DNA of 64,000 nucleotides from Escherichia coli 042 (GTDB lineage Bacteria; Pseudomonadota; Gammaproteobacteria; Enterobacterales; Enterobacteriaceae): NCBI RefSeq assembly GCF_000027125.1, contig NC_017626.1; one strand, 5' to 3'. Shown piece by piece: positions 11,627 to 23,392 of this stretch (position 1 is its first letter; each line of letters starts with the position of its first letter). The notes under the pieces were generated by a model. It saw only the letters and a program-made list of their open reading frames with translations, ran no database searches and was not told where the DNA came from. The position numbers and the translations under genes were made by a program.

Positions 11627-12442
11627 TCAACTATTGAAAGGAGCGATATTATCCAGCACCGCCTGAATCACATTCAGCGCGCCTTCATGATTATTATCAT
11701 CGGTAGCGTAACGGGCGATTTGTTTAATGTTTTCCGCAGCATTGCCCATCGCAAAGGAATAACGCGCCATTTTCAGCATCTCCGCATCGTTACCGCTGTC
11801 GCCAATCGCTACCACATTTTGCGGTGACAGATCCCAGCGTTTCAGTAACCGCGAAATACCGTTTGCTTTATGTAGACCGGGAATAATCAGGTCGATAAAG
11901 CCAAAACCACTGGTGACGGGTTTCATAATGCCGTCGAGCGCTACGTGCAGTTTGTCGATCACTAACGGGATTTGTTCATCCGGCAGGTTGAGCGAAAACT
12001 TGAACAGTACGTCGTCAATCTCCTGATAATCTTTTACAGGTTTCAGGCGATGGTAGTGTTTTGCCATCAGTGCGACAAATGCTTCGGGGGCATTTTCGCT
12101 GACATATGCACTTTGCAGACCGCAGGCGACAAAATTGAGTTGCTTATCTTTTAGCAACTCGCCAATAACAATCCGCGATTCATGTCGGGTCAGTTCGCCG
12201 TGGAACAACTGCTTGCCATGTTCGTAAACCAGTGCGCCGTTTTCCGCGACAAAAGAGATCTCATCCTTTAGCTCAGGAAAGAACGAAATAAGCTGGTAAT
12301 ACTGATTACCGCTGGCGACAACGAACTCAATGCCGCGCTTTTTCAGTTCCTGATATTGCGCCATAAAACGTGGTTGGTTGTACGTTTTGGCGTCGTTAAG
12401 AAAAGTACCGTCCATGTCTGTGACGATAACTTTTACGCTCAT
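11627..12442 (-). CDS. ybiV: HAD-superfamily (Cof-type) sugar phosphatase YbiV, 271 aa
   Basis: [17 protein letters not shown]... DxDGT motif and GDSGND motif near the C-terminus. Confidence 0.92.
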   Translation of the reverse strand: MSVKVIVTDMDGTFLNDAKTYNQPRFMAQYQELKKRGIEFVVASGNQYYQLISFFPELKDEISFVAENGALVYEHGKQLFHGELTRHESRIVIGELLKDKQLNFVACGLQSAYVSENAPEAFVALMAKHYHRLKPVKDYQEIDDVLFKFSLNLPDEQIPLVIDKLHVALDGIMKPVTSGFGFIDLIIPGLHKANGISRLLKRWDLSPQNVVAIGDSGNDAEMLKMARYSFAMGNAAENIKQIARYATDDNNHEGALNVIQAVLDNIAPFNS

Positions 12443-12587
12443 AGGTGTGCTCCTGGCTCGAAAATGAAACCGTAACAGTGTAATAACAATGTGACGCAGA
12501 GCACAAATTATATTTCGAATGAAAGCGAGGCTGAAATTGATGATGTGAATGATTTAGCCCGGCGACGACGCCGCCGGGCTGAGGAGA

Positions 12588-15020
12588 TTACAGCATATGT
12601 TCAGTACGGGCGATGATATCGTCCTGAGCGTCTGGAGAGAGCGCGGTGAAGAAGGCGGAATAGCCCGCGACACGCACTACCAGATCGCGGTACTGATCCG
12701 GATGTTTTTTCGCTTCCAGCAGCGTTTCGCGGGAAACGATGTTGTACTGAATATGCCAACCTTTATGCACCTCGAAGAAGGTGCGCAGCAGGATCATCAG
12801 TTTCTGCTTGTCAGATTCGTTCTCCAGCGTTGCTGGATTCAGTTTCTGGTTGAGCAGCACGCCGCCGAGAATCGCTGCCGTAGGCAGTTTACCCACCGAG
12901 CCAATGACCGCAGTAGGGCCAAGATGATCAGTACCGGAAGCCGGGCTTGCGCCTTCTGCCAGCGGGGTATGCGCTTTACGCCCGTCCGGCGTTGCCATAG
13001 TTTGCGCGCCAAACGGTACGTTAGCGGAGATAGACGACGTACCCGCGTAATAATTGCCGCCAACCGGACCACGACCGTAGCGCGGGTTATGGTACTGTTT
13101 CAGTTCGTCGATATAGGTCTGATAAGCGCGAGCCAGCAGCGTATCGACGGTATCATCGTCGTTGCCGTACTTCGGCGCACCGTTAATCAGCCGCTGACGC
13201 AGTTGCTCATGAGTCAGGCCATCGAAGTCATCCGCCAGTGCGGCAGCCAGCTGTTGCTGACCAATCGCGCCCTGTTCAAATACCAGTTTCTTCACTGCCG
13301 CCAGGCTGTTGCCGAGGTTGGCAATGCCAACCTGCAGGCCAGAAACCCAGTCATATTTCGCGCCGCCTTGCTTGATACTTTTCGCTCGCTCAATACAGTC
13401 ATCCACCAGCGCCGAGCAGAGAATATCGTGTACGTTCTCTTCCAGCATGGTGTCGACGACATACTCAATTTCGATTGATTTGCGGGTGTAGTAACGGATT
13501 TGCGTATCCCACGCGTCCATCACTTCATCGAAGTTGTTGAAGTTACCTGCCGACAACGCTTTTTCTTGTGGCAGGAACACTTTGCCGCTGGTGGCATCAC
13601 GACCGCCTTCCAGCGCCGCCAGCATCACACGGGCGAAGTTGATAAAGCTCATGCCGGTACAGCGATAGCCCCATTTGCCACCGACGGCGGTTTCGATACA
13701 ACCAATCGCTGCATAGTCGTAAGCGTCCTGCGGTTCAATACCGAGTTTAATAAATTCCGGGATCACGATTTCGTCGTTGTTGAACGCTGGCATCCCGAAG
13801 CCGCAACGGATCACCTGTACGCAGGCGTCGAGGAAATCGTTACTCATTCCCGCATGGTAACGTACGCTGAGGTTAGGCTGAGTGGAACGCAGGCGACCGC
13901 AGGATTCAAGGATCGCGTAAGAGAGTGGATTCACCGCGTCCATCGGTTGACCATCAACCAGATTTTGCCCGCCAATGGTGACGTTCTGATACAGCGGACT
14001 TCCCGCAGAGGCTTTCGAGTGCGAGCCGGAGCGGATTTTGTTCACTTCCAGCAGTTTCAACCAGCAGCTATGCAGCATCTCGATGGCGTGTTCGCGATCC
14101 AGCGTCTGGTTGAGTTCAACGTCGCGACGATAATACGGGTACAGATACTGGTCCATACGACCAAAAGATACTGAGTGACCGTTAGATTCGATCTGCAAAA
14201 TCAACTGGATGAAGTAACACAGTTGCAGCGCCTGCCAGAAAGTCTGCGGCGGCTGGTGGGCGATAAGATCACAGTTTTCTGCCATCGCCAGCAGTTCATC
14301 GCGACGGCTTTCGCGGGTTTCGGTCGCGGCCATTTCACGCGTCAGGGCAGCGAAACGTTCAATGTGTTCACTGACTGCCACCAGCACGATATCAATCGCT
14401 TTCAGGAATTGCTCACCGTGTAAATCTTCCAGCACCGTCAGGTTGATGCGCGAGCGACGTTCCGCTACTTTCTCGCGCAGACCATCAAGCCCTTTTTCCA
14501 GCAGCAGCGGGAAATTGACCGCCAGGTGCGCATCGCCGGAGGTCATATTGCCTTCCGCTTTAATGATGCCGGTCGCCAGCAGACCTTTTTGCTCATCGGT
14601 AAACATGCCGTAGCAGCGATCCTGTACGGTCTGACCGCGCCACCACGGGCACACTTCATGCAGAACGCGTTTGTTCTCTTCGCTCACCGCAAAGCCAGCA
14701 CCGGGACGATCTGCCAGATCATCAATCTCTTTTTCGATCCAGGAGACGGTATATTCCGGGAAGATCGGCGCGGCGCGAACTTCGCTTGCCTGGTTGCCAA
14801 TGATCAACTCATCGTGCTTGATCCAGATAGTGCGATTCGCCAGATGATGCGCCAGTGCCAGCGCGCGACGTACCGGGATCGGCTTATCGAGATGTTGTTG
14901 ATACATCTCGGTATAGTGCTGCGCGCGCTCGGTACAGACTGGCGGTTTCACAATATGTACCAGCGCATTTTTGTGCGCTTTAATGCGGTCGCTGAGCGTG
15001 TCCAGTTTCAGTGTGGTCAT
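12588..15020 (-). CDS. ybiW: Glycyl-radical enzyme, pyruvate formate-lyase homologue YbiW (810 aa)
   Basis: C-terminal glycyl-radical motif ...RVAGYSAFF... and PFL-like size; K-12 position next to ybiY. Confidence 0.92.
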   Translation of the reverse strand: MTTLKLDTLSDRIKAHKNALVHIVKPPVCTERAQHYTEMYQQHLDKPIPVRRALALAHHLANRTIWIKHDELIIGNQASEVRAAPIFPEYTVSWIEKEIDDLADRPGAGFAVSEENKRVLHEVCPWWRGQTVQDRCYGMFTDEQKGLLATGIIKAEGNMTSGDAHLAVNFPLLLEKGLDGLREKVAERRSRINLTVLEDLHGEQFLKAIDIVLVAVSEHIERFAALTREMAATETRESRRDELLAMAENCDLIAHQPPQTFWQALQLCYFIQLILQIESNGHSVSFGRMDQYLYPYYRRDVELNQTLDREHAIEMLHSCWLKLLEVNKIRSGSHSKASAGSPLYQNVTIGGQNLVDGQPMDAVNPLSYAILESCGRLRSTQPNLSVRYHAGMSNDFLDACVQVIRCGFGMPAFNNDEIVIPEFIKLGIEPQDAYDYAAIGCIETAVGGKWGYRCTGMSFINFARVMLAALEGGRDATSGKVFLPQEKALSAGNFNNFDEVMDAWDTQIRYYTRKSIEIEYVVDTMLEENVHDILCSALVDDCIERAKSIKQGGAKYDWVSGLQVGIANLGNSLAAVKKLVFEQGAIGQQQLAAALADDFDGLTHEQLRQRLINGAPKYGNDDDTVDTLLARAYQTYIDELKQYHNPRYGRGPVGGNYYAGTSSISANVPFGAQTMATPDGRKAHTPLAEGASPASGTDHLGPTAVIGSVGKLPTAAILGGVLLNQKLNPATLENESDKQKLMILLRTFFEVHKGWHIQYNIVSRETLLEAKKHPDQYRDLVVRVAGYSAFFTALSPDAQDDIIARTEHML

Positions 15021-15025
15021 GGTTG

Positions 15026-15925
15026 TTATCCTCGTAAGGTCGCGGTTAACCCTTTCTGGCAGGCATACTGCTGGGCAAAGTCGAGCAGTTCTGGCGCATC
15101 AAGCGGTTTTTCCGGGGCGTCATAGGGCAGATTAAGTAAGTGATATTTGTTGATGCCCAGCGTGTGGTAGGGCAGGAAATGAATTTCGCTAACGTGCAGC
15201 TCGTCGGCGGCAAAATCGGTAATGGCTTTCACAGAGGTTTCGTCGGCATTAAAGCCCTGAATCAGTGGCACGCGGATAATGATTTTTTTGCCCGCTGCGG
15301 CGAGTTTTTTCAGGTTATCCAGCACTCTGGCGGCGTTACCGTCGGTCCACTGTTTAAACGGCGCGTCGGCAACGTGTTTTAAATCGGCAAGAAACAGATC
15401 GATATAGGGCAGAGAAGGGGCGATATATTTCCACGGCACATGCAGACAGGTTTCTACCGCAGTATGAATGCCGGCCTCGTGGCTGGCTTGCAGCAGCGCC
15501 GTCGCCATTTCCGGCTGCATAAAGGGTTCTCCGCCAGAAAGTGTTAAGCCGCCGCCGCTGCGATCGTAAAACGGTTTATCCCGCAAAACGGTCGCCATGA
15601 TCTCCTCAACGCTTTTCACTTCACCACACACGGTTAATGCCTGTGTCGGGCAGCAGTCGGTTAGCGCCGTAAAATGCTCCGGGGTTAACTTTTCTCGATG
15701 AATAAGCAAACCATTCAACGCACGCTCAATCACTTCCGGTGCGGTCCTAGCGCACAGCTCACAGCCTTCCAGACAGAGTCGTGGGTCATACAGCAGATCC
15801 TGCGTGCGGGCGCGGCTTTCCGGGTTCTGACACCAGCGGCAGCCCAGCGAACAGCCTTTAAGAAATACGACCGTGCGGATACCGGGGCCATCATGGGTCG
15901 AGTAGCGCTGAATATTGAAAATCAT
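15026..15925 (-). CDS. ybiY: Glycyl-radical enzyme activating enzyme (radical SAM) YbiY
   Basis: CxxxCxxC radical-SAM motif ([12 protein letters not shown]) plus extra Cys clusters; start placed at MIFNIQRYS, which has SD GAGAGG, rather than the upstream ATG at 15952, which has none. Confidence 0.88.
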   Translation of the reverse strand: MIFNIQRYSTHDGPGIRTVVFLKGCSLGCRWCQNPESRARTQDLLYDPRLCLEGCELCARTAPEVIERALNGLLIHREKLTPEHFTALTDCCPTQALTVCGEVKSVEEIMATVLRDKPFYDRSGGGLTLSGGEPFMQPEMATALLQASHEAGIHTAVETCLHVPWKYIAPSLPYIDLFLADLKHVADAPFKQWTDGNAARVLDNLKKLAAAGKKIIIRVPLIQGFNADETSVKAITDFAADELHVSEIHFLPYHTLGINKYHLLNLPYDAPEKPLDAPELLDFAQQYACQKGLTATLRG

Positions 15926-16055
15926 AGTTGCCTCTCTGTTTCGTTCAAGCATTAAAATACTTTCGAATGAAAGTTAGATTGATGTGCGTCAACTGTTCAG
16001 AGAGTTTTCCCGTGATAGTCTACATTCAGACAAAAAGTGCATTTTGAGGATGGTT

Positions 16056-16718
16056 ATGGAACTGTATCTGGATACTTCAGACGTTGTTGCGGTGAAGGCG
16101 CTGTCACGTATGTTTCCGCTGGCGGGTGTGACCACTAACCCAAGCATTATCGCCGCGGGTAAAAAACCGCTGGAGGTTGTGCTTCCGGAACTTCATGAAG
16201 CGATGGGCGGTCAGGGGCGTCTGTTTGCCCAGGTAATGGCTACCACTGCTGAAGGGATGGTGAATGACGCACGTAAATTGCGTTCTATTATTGCGGATAT
16301 CGTGGTGAAAGTTCCGGTGACCGCCGAGGGGCTGGCAGCTATTAAGATGTTAAAAGCGGAAGGGATTCCGACGCTGGGAACCGCGGTATATGGCGCAGCA
16401 CAAGGGCTGCTGTCGGCGCTGGCAGGTGCGGAATATGTTGCGCCTTACGTTAATCGTATTGATGCTCAGGGCGGTAGCGGTATTCAGACTGTGACCGACT
16501 TACACCAGTTATTGAAAATGCATGCGCCGCAGGCGAAAGTGTTAGCCGCGAGTTTCAAAACCCCGCGTCAGGCGCTGGACTGCTTACTGGCAGGGTGTGA
16601 ATCAATTACTCTGCCGCTGGATGTGGCACAACAGATGATTAGCTATCCGGCGGTTGATGCCGCTGTGGCGAAGTTTGAGCAGGACTGGCAGGGAGCGTTT
16701 AGCAGAACGTCGATTTAA
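16056..16718 (+). CDS. fsaA: Fructose-6-phosphate aldolase 1 (220 aa)
   Basis: [37 protein letters not shown]... matches remembered FsaA; start trimmed from ORF 15984. Confidence 0.93.
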   Translation: MELYLDTSDVVAVKALSRMFPLAGVTTNPSIIAAGKKPLEVVLPELHEAMGGQGRLFAQVMATTAEGMVNDARKLRSIIADIVVKVPVTAEGLAAIKMLKAEGIPTLGTAVYGAAQGLLSALAGAEYVAPYVNRIDAQGGSGIQTVTDLHQLLKMHAPQAKVLAASFKTPRQALDCLLAGCESITLPLDVAQQMISYPAVDAAVAKFEQDWQGAFSRTSI

Positions 16719-16730
16719 CCGGACGTTCTG
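16703..16730. terminator. Hairpin overlapping the fsaA stop codon (cagaacgtc...gacgttctg), followed by a partial REP-like sequence
   Basis: Inverted repeat read from the sequence; no U-tract, so function is uncertain. Confidence 0.3.
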
Positions 16731-16805
16731 CATCCTCATAAATTGCTGATGACGTGGCGGAGTGCACCGATGCCTGCCACGTCTTATCAGGCCTGGAGGT
16801 GGCAA

Positions 16806-17555
16806 TTACTGCCCGCACACCTCACACCCCGGATTGCGCATCAGTTTCATTTCACGAAACTGACAGGTCATCGCATCGTACATGACGATTTTCCCGCTGG
16901 CCGGTTTGCCATAACCTGCCAGCAGTTTGATCGCTTCCATTGCCTGCAACGAACCAATTACGCCGATCAACGGTGCCATCACGCCTGCTTCTACGCAGGT
17001 TAACGCGTTCTCGCCAAACAAACGGCTAAGGCAGCGATAGCAAGGCTCGCCGTCCTGATAAGTGAAGACCGTGATTTGACCTTCCATACGAATTGCCGCG
17101 CCGGAAACCAGCGGCACCTTCGCGGCAAAACAGCCTGCGTTCAGTTGATTGCGCACCGCAACGTTATCCGTACAGTCGAGCACCAGATCGTGTTCAGCAA
17201 TCAATGCTGCAAGTTCTGCGTCATCCAGCAGTGCATTGACTGGCGTAATCGCGATATGTGGGTTGATCCGCGTCAGGGCGTCACGGGCGGATTCCACCTT
17301 CGGTTGCCCGATCGTGGCATCACTGTGCAGCGTCTGGCGTTGCAGATTCGAGAGCGAAACCGTGTCGAAGTCGAGCAGCGTCAGGTTGCCGACACCGGCG
17401 CTTGCCAGATACTGCGAAGCTGCACAGCCGAGTCCACCGAGGCCGACGATCAGCACACGAGAATCTTTTAGCGCCTCCTGACCGTCAAAATCAAAACCGC
17501 GCAGAATGATTTGCCGGTTGTAGCGCAGCATCTCCTGATCGCTGAGTTCCGCCAT
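16806..17555 (-). CDS. moeB: Molybdopterin-synthase adenylyltransferase MoeB (249 aa)
   Basis: ThiF/MoeB Rossmann motif VLIVGLGGLGCAASQYLASAGVG and C-terminal CxxC pairs; start overlaps the moeA stop. Confidence 0.95.
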   Translation of the reverse strand: MAELSDQEMLRYNRQIILRGFDFDGQEALKDSRVLIVGLGGLGCAASQYLASAGVGNLTLLDFDTVSLSNLQRQTLHSDATIGQPKVESARDALTRINPHIAITPVNALLDDAELAALIAEHDLVLDCTDNVAVRNQLNAGCFAAKVPLVSGAAIRMEGQITVFTYQDGEPCYRCLSRLFGENALTCVEAGVMAPLIGVIGSLQAMEAIKLLAGYGKPASGKIVMYDAMTCQFREMKLMRNPGCEVCGQ

Positions 17556-18790
17556 TACAGGCCTCCGAACAACGCGTTAAACGGTTCTACTTCCACCCAT
17601 TCGCCCACTTCCACATTGCCGCGCTCGCGCTCCAGTACGATAAAGCAGTTGCCGAGACTAAAAGAACTAAAAATATGTGAACCCTGATGCCCGGTGGTGG
17701 TAACTTCCAGCTCACCATCGGCGTTGCGTTGCAGCACGCCGCGCTGGAAATCAAGGCGTCCTGGCGATTTCTTCAGAGGCGATGCCGTGCGCACACGCTG
17801 GCGCGCGGGCAGGCCGCTGGCGTTATTGCCGCTTAGTTTTGCCAGCAAAGGCTGTACCAGTTGATAGAAGGTCAGCGTTGCTGAAACCGGGTTGCCCGGC
17901 AGGCCGCAGAACCAACTATTGCTGAGTTTTCCAAACGCGAACGGTTTACCCGGTTTAATCGCCAGCTTCCAGAAGGCGATCTCCCCCAGCTCTTCAAGAA
18001 TGGTTTTGGTGTAATCCGCTTCACCCACTGAAACACCGCCGGAACTGATCACCACATCCGCCTGGCTGTCGGCTTCAATAAAAGCGGCGCGCAGGGCATG
18101 GGGATCGTCGCGGATAATCCCTAAGTTGATTACCTCGCATCCCAGCTGTTCTAACATCAGGTGTACGGCGAGACGGTTGGTATCGTAGATTTGGCCGTCG
18201 CCCAGCGGCTGGCCTGGCAACTGGAGTTCATCACCGGTAGAAAAAAGCGCTACACGCACTTTACGAATCACCGGAACTTCGGCAATCCCTAGCGAAGCAA
18301 TCACTGGCAGTTCAGCGGTAGTCACGCGAGTCCCCGCCGGGAAAACAACCGCACCTGCAGAGATATCTTCACCGCGACGGCGAATATTTTGCCCGCTACG
18401 CACTTCAGCAGTAAAACGCACGCCAGCGTCAGTCTGTTCGGTCTGTTCCTGCATCACCACCGCTTCGCAGCCTTCCGGCACCGGCGCACCGGTCATAATA
18501 CGAATGCAGGTACCCGCAGGCCATTCACCATGGTACGGCTGACCGGCAAAGGATTTACCGGCAACGGGCAGCGGTTGCCCGGAGGCAATATCGGCTAAAC
18601 GCACCGCGTAGCCGTCCATAGCGGAGTTATCAAACCCCGGGACATCCAGTGGCGAAACGACATCGCTCGCCAGAATACGACCAAAACACTGTACCAGTGG
18701 CAGCGTTTCCTGGGCGGTCAGTGGGGTAACGCGAGAAAGCATCTCATTAAGCGCGGTGTCGAGCGACATCAATCCGGTGGTAAATTCCAT
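17555..18790 (-). CDS. moeA: Molybdopterin molybdenumtransferase MoeA (411 aa)
   Basis: [24 protein letters not shown]...; MoeA domain architecture; 1-nt overlap with moeB. Confidence 0.95.
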   Translation of the reverse strand: MEFTTGLMSLDTALNEMLSRVTPLTAQETLPLVQCFGRILASDVVSPLDVPGFDNSAMDGYAVRLADIASGQPLPVAGKSFAGQPYHGEWPAGTCIRIMTGAPVPEGCEAVVMQEQTEQTDAGVRFTAEVRSGQNIRRRGEDISAGAVVFPAGTRVTTAELPVIASLGIAEVPVIRKVRVALFSTGDELQLPGQPLGDGQIYDTNRLAVHLMLEQLGCEVINLGIIRDDPHALRAAFIEADSQADVVISSGGVSVGEADYTKTILEELGEIAFWKLAIKPGKPFAFGKLSNSWFCGLPGNPVSATLTFYQLVQPLLAKLSGNNASGLPARQRVRTASPLKKSPGRLDFQRGVLQRNADGELEVTTTGHQGSHIFSSFSLGNCFIVLERERGNVEVGEWVEVEPFNALFGGL

Positions 18791-18993
18791 GAAAACACTC
18801 CTGCGGAGGCAAAATCGAATTTGCCTATTATGTCAGAAAAACGCCACAGACTGTATGCTACCTCGGGCGTAGCACTGGCTCCTGCCTTTACATGCCATAT
18901 CCATCTTTCTATATTCAAAAATTGAATGAGTAATTCATAAAAATTCTGATATTTATAGCAAAAGTGGCGAGCCACCCTTAATGGACGAATACT

Positions 18994-19959
18994 ATGGGCA
19001 AAGCAGTCATTGCAATTCATGGCGGCGCAGGTGCAATTAGCCGCGCGCAGATGAGTCTGCAACAGGAATTACGCTACATCGAGGCGCTGTCTGCCATTGT
19101 TGAAACCGGGCAGAAAATGCTGGAAGCGGGCGAAAGTGCGCTGGATGTGGTGACGGAAGCGGTGCGTCTGCTGGAAGAGTGTCCACTGTTTAACGCCGGA
19201 ATTGGCGCTGTCTTTACGCGTGATGAAACCCATGAACTGGACGCCTGTGTGATGGATGGTAACACCCTGAAAGCCGGTGCGGTGGCGGGCGTTAGTCATC
19301 TGCGTAATCCGGTTCTTGCCGCCCGGCTGGTGATGGAGCAAAGCCCGCATGTGATGATGATTGGCGAAGGGGCAGAAAATTTTGCGTTTGCTCATGGCAT
19401 GGAGCGCGTCTCACCGGAGATTTTCTCCACGCCTTTGCGTTATGAACAACTAATGGCAGCGCGTGAGGAAGGGGCAACAGACCTCGACCATAGCGGTGCG
19501 CCACTGGATGAAAAACAGAAAATGGGCACCGTGGGTGCCGTGGCGTTGGATTTAGACGGCAATCTGGCGGCAGCCACGTCCACGGGCGGAATGACCAATA
19601 AATTACCCGGACGAGTTGGCGATAGTCCCTTAGTGGGTGCCGGATGCTACGCCAATAACGCCAGTGTGGCAGTTTCTTGTACCGGCACGGGCGAAGTCTT
19701 CATCCGCGCGCTGGCGGCATATGACATCGCCGCGTTAATGGATTACGGCGGATTAAGTCTCGCGGAAGCCTGCGAGCGGGTAGTAATGGAAAAACTCCCT
19801 GCGCTTGGCGGTAGCGGTGGCTTAATCGCTATCGACCATGAAGGGAATGTCGCGCTACCGTTTAACACCGAAGGAATGTATCGCGCCTGGGGCTACGCAG
19901 GCGATACGCCAACCACCGGTATCTACCGTGAAAAAGGGGACACCGTTGCCACACAGTGA
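18994..19959 (+). CDS. iaaA: Isoaspartyl dipeptidase / L-asparaginase (Ntn hydrolase) IaaA, 321 aa
   Basis: [21 protein letters not shown]...; autoproteolytic GT(V)GAV motif. Confidence 0.93.
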   Translation: MGKAVIAIHGGAGAISRAQMSLQQELRYIEALSAIVETGQKMLEAGESALDVVTEAVRLLEECPLFNAGIGAVFTRDETHELDACVMDGNTLKAGAVAGVSHLRNPVLAARLVMEQSPHVMMIGEGAENFAFAHGMERVSPEIFSTPLRYEQLMAAREEGATDLDHSGAPLDEKQKMGTVGAVALDLDGNLAAATSTGGMTNKLPGRVGDSPLVGAGCYANNASVAVSCTGTGEVFIRALAAYDIAALMDYGGLSLAEACERVVMEKLPALGGSGGLIAIDHEGNVALPFNTEGMYRAWGYAGDTPTTGIYREKGDTVATQ

Positions 19960-21817
19960 TGAACTTGATGCCGGTGATGTGCTGGCGGTTGAAAATCTGA
20001 ATATTGCCTTTATGCAGGACCAGCAGAAAATAGCTGCGGTCCGCAATCTCTCTTTTAGCCTGCAACGCGGTGAGACGCTGGCAATTGTTGGCGAATCCGG
20101 CTCCGGTAAGTCAGTGACTGCGCTGGCATTGATGCGTCTGTTGGAACAGGCGGGCGGTTTAGTACAGTGCGATAAAATGCTGTTGCGGCGGCGCAGTCGC
20201 GAAGTGATTGAACTTAGCGAGCAGAGCGCTGCACAAATGCGCCATGTGCGCGGTGCGGATATGGCGATGATATTTCAGGAACCGATGACATCGCTGAACC
20301 CGGTATTTACTGTGGGTGAACAGATTGCAGAATCAATTCGTCTGCATCAGAACGCCAGTCGTGAAGAAGCAATGGTCGAGGCGAAGCGGATGCTGGATCA
20401 GGTACGCATTCCGGAGGCACAAACCATTCTTTCACGTTATCCGCATCAACTCTCTGGCGGGATGCGCCAGCGAGTGATGATTGCGATGGCGCTGTCATGC
20501 CGCCCGGCGGTGCTGATTGCCGATGAGCCAACCACCGCGCTGGATGTCACTATTCAGGCGCAGATCCTGCAATTAATCAAAGTATTGCAAAAAGAGATGT
20601 CGATGGGCGTTATCTTTATCACTCACGATATGGGCGTGGTGGCAGAGATTGCCGATCGGGTACTGGTGATGTATCAGGGCGAGGCGGTGGAAACGGGTAG
20701 CGTCAAACAGATTTTCCATGCACCGCAACATCCTTACACCCGTGCGCTGTTAGCTGCTGTTCCGCAACTTGGTGCGATGAAAGGGTTAGATTATCCCCGA
20801 CGTTTCCCGTTGATATCGCTTGAACATCCAGCGAAACAGGAACCACCCATCGAGCAGAAAACGGTGGTGGATGGCGAACCTGTTTTACGGGTGCGTAATC
20901 TGGTCACCCGTTTCCCTTTGCGCAGCGGTTTGTTGAATCGCGTAACGCGGGAAGTGCATGCCGTTGAGAAAGTCAGTTTTGATCTCTGGCCTGGCGAAAC
21001 GCTATCGCTGGTGGGCGAGTCTGGCAGCGGTAAATCCACTACCGGGCGGGCGTTGCTGCGCCTGGTCGAATCGCAGGGCGGCGAAATTATCTTTAACGGT
21101 CAGCGAATCGATACCTTGTCATCCGGTAAACTTCAGGCATTGCGCCGCGATATTCAGTTTATTTTTCAGGACCCTTACGCTTCGCTGGACCCACGTCAGA
21201 CCATCGGTGATTCGATTATTGAACCGCTGCGCGTACACGGTTTATTGCCAGGTAAAGAAGCGGCTGCACGCGTTGCGTGGTTGCTGGAGCGCGTGGGCCT
21301 GTTACCTGAACATGCCTGGCGTTACCCGCATGAGTTTTCCGGCGGTCAGCGCCAGCGCATCTGCATTGCTCGCGCGTTGGCATTGAATCCAAAAGTGATC
21401 ATTGCCGACGAAGCCGTCTCGGCGCTGGATGTTTCTATTCGCGGGCAGATTATCAACTTGTTGCTCGATCTCCAGCGTGATTTCGGCATTGCGTATCTGT
21501 TTATCTCCCACGATATGGCCGTGGTAGAGCGGATTAGTCATCGTGTGGCGGTGATGTATCTCGGACAAATTGTTGAAATTGGTCCACGGCGCGCGGTCTT
21601 CGAAAACCCGCAGCATCCTTATACGCGTAAATTACTGGCGGCAGTTCCGGTCGCTGAACCGTCCCGACAACGACCGCAGCGTGTACTGCTGTCGGACGAT
21701 CTTCCCAGCAATATTCATCTGCGTGGCGAAGAGGTGGCAGCCGTCTCGTTGCAATGCGTCGGGCCGGGGCATTACGTCGCACAACCACAATCAGAATACG
21801 CATTCATGCGTAGATAA
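19946..21817 (+). CDS. gsiA: Glutathione ABC importer ATP-binding protein GsiA (623 aa), TTG start
   Basis: Two ABC cassettes (GESGSGKS twice, LSGG twice); remembered N-terminus [10 protein letters not shown] corresponds to an in-frame TTG at 19946 overlapping the iaaA 3' end. Confidence 0.9.
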   Translation: MPHSDELDAGDVLAVENLNIAFMQDQQKIAAVRNLSFSLQRGETLAIVGESGSGKSVTALALMRLLEQAGGLVQCDKMLLRRRSREVIELSEQSAAQMRHVRGADMAMIFQEPMTSLNPVFTVGEQIAESIRLHQNASREEAMVEAKRMLDQVRIPEAQTILSRYPHQLSGGMRQRVMIAMALSCRPAVLIADEPTTALDVTIQAQILQLIKVLQKEMSMGVIFITHDMGVVAEIADRVLVMYQGEAVETGSVKQIFHAPQHPYTRALLAAVPQLGAMKGLDYPRRFPLISLEHPAKQEPPIEQKTVVDGEPVLRVRNLVTRFPLRSGLLNRVTREVHAVEKVSFDLWPGETLSLVGESGSGKSTTGRALLRLVESQGGEIIFNGQRIDTLSSGKLQALRRDIQFIFQDPYASLDPRQTIGDSIIEPLRVHGLLPGKEAAARVAWLLERVGLLPEHAWRYPHEFSGGQRQRICIARALALNPKVIIADEAVSALDVSIRGQIINLLLDLQRDFGIAYLFISHDMAVVERISHRVAVMYLGQIVEIGPRRAVFENPQHPYTRKLLAAVPVAEPSRQRPQRVLLSDDLPSNIHLRGEEVAAVSLQCVGPGHYVAQPQSEYAFMRR

Positions 21818-21836
21818 CATTCAGGCGGAGAATAAA

Positions 21837-23375
21837 ATGGCAAGAGCTGTACACCGTAGTGGGTTAGTGGCGCTGGGCATTGCGACAGCGTTGATGGCAT
21901 CTTGTGCATTCGCTGCCAAAGATGTGGTGGTGGCGGTAGGATCGAACTTCACCACGCTCGATCCGTATGACGCAAATGACACGTTATCTCAGGCCGTAGC
22001 GAAATCGTTTTACCAGGGGCTGTTTGGTCTGGATAAAGAGATGAAACTGAAAAACGTGCTGGCGGAGAGTTATACCGTTTCCGATGACGGCCTTACATAC
22101 ACCGTGAAATTGCGGGAAGGAATTAAATTCCAGGATGGCACCGATTTCAACGCAGCGGCGGTAAAAGCGAATCTGGACCGGGCCAGCGATCCGGCGAATC
22201 ATCTTAAACGCTACAACCTGTATAAGAATATTGCCAAAACGGAAGCGATCGATCCAACAACGGTAAAGATTACCCTCAAACAGCCGTTCTCAGCGTTTAT
22301 TAATATTCTTGCCCATCCGGCGACCGCGATGATTTCGCCGGCAGCGCTGGAAAAATATGGCAAGGAGATTGGTTTTCATCCGGTGGGAACCGGGCCGTAT
22401 GAACTGGATACCTGGAATCAGACCGATTTTGTGAAGGTGAAAAAATTCGCGGGTTACTGGCAGCCAGGATTGCCCAAACTGGACAGCATAACCTGGCGTC
22501 CGGTGGCGGATAACAACACCCGCGCGGCAATGCTGCAAACCGGTGAAGCGCAGTTTGCTTTCCCCATTCCCTACGAGCAGGCCGCACTGCTGGAGAAAAA
22601 CAAAAATATCGAGTTGATGGCCAGTCCGTCAATTATGCAGCGTTATATCAGTATGAACGTGACGCAAAAGCCGTTCGATAACCCGAAGGTCCGTGAGGCG
22701 CTGAATTACGCCATTAACCGCCCGGCGCTGGTGAAAGTGGCCTTCGCGGGCTATGCAACGCCAGCTACTGGTGTGGTACCGCCGAGTATCGCCTACGCGC
22801 AAAGTTATAAACCGTGGCCTTACGATCCAGTGAAAGCGCGCGAATTACTGAAAGAGGCGGGATATCCCAACGGTTTCAATACCACGCTGTGGTCGTCACA
22901 TAACCACAGCACCGCGCAGAAAGTGCTGCAATTTACCCAGCAGCAGTTAGCGCAGGTCGGGATTAAAGCCCAGGTGACTGCGATGGATGCCGGACAGCGG
23001 GCGGCAGAAGTTGAAGGTAAAGGGCAAAAAGAGAGCGGCGTGCGGATGTTCTACACTGGCTGGTCGGCTTCAACCGGCGAAGCGGACTGGGCACTATCGC
23101 CGCTGTTTGCCTCGCAGAACTGGCCACCGACGCTGTTTAATACCGCGTTTTACAGCAATAAACAGGTGGATGACTTCCTGGCTCAGGCACTGAAAACTAA
23201 TGATCCGGCAGAAAAGACCCGTTTATATAAGGCGGCGCAGGATATCATCTGGCAAGAGTCGCCGTGGATCCCGCTGGTGGTAGAAAAACTGGTGTCGGCA
23301 CACAGTAAAAACCTGACCGGTTTTTGGATCATGCCAGACACCGGTTTCAGCTTTGAAGACGCGGATTTGCAATAA
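21837..23375 (+). CDS. gsiB: Glutathione-binding periplasmic protein GsiB (512 aa)
   Basis: [35 protein letters not shown]... signal peptide plus family-5 solute-binding protein; start trimmed from ORF 21570. Confidence 0.93.
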   Translation: MARAVHRSGLVALGIATALMASCAFAAKDVVVAVGSNFTTLDPYDANDTLSQAVAKSFYQGLFGLDKEMKLKNVLAESYTVSDDGLTYTVKLREGIKFQDGTDFNAAAVKANLDRASDPANHLKRYNLYKNIAKTEAIDPTTVKITLKQPFSAFINILAHPATAMISPAALEKYGKEIGFHPVGTGPYELDTWNQTDFVKVKKFAGYWQPGLPKLDSITWRPVADNNTRAAMLQTGEAQFAFPIPYEQAALLEKNKNIELMASPSIMQRYISMNVTQKPFDNPKVREALNYAINRPALVKVAFAGYATPATGVVPPSIAYAQSYKPWPYDPVKARELLKEAGYPNGFNTTLWSSHNHSTAQKVLQFTQQQLAQVGIKAQVTAMDAGQRAAEVEGKGQKESGVRMFYTGWSASTGEADWALSPLFASQNWPPTLFNTAFYSNKQVDDFLAQALKTNDPAEKTRLYKAAQDIIWQESPWIPLVVEKLVSAHSKNLTGFWIMPDTGFSFEDADLQ

Positions 23376-23392
23376 GCAACGCAGGGAGTGGA

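Noticed and set aside
12597-14423. Plus-strand ORFs (293, 224, 82 aa) inside ybiW
   Set aside because: Antisense to an intact 810-aa glycyl-radical enzyme gene; typical shadow ORFs of a GC-rich gene.
21570-21836. Extended N-termini suggested by the six-frame track (gsiB from 21570; also dps from 1455, potF from 47012, pdeI from 25327, fsaA from 15984, artP from 56967)
   Set aside because: The upstream extensions run into neighbouring genes or lack SD sequences; the remembered mature N-termini and SD positions support the shorter starts listed in the features.
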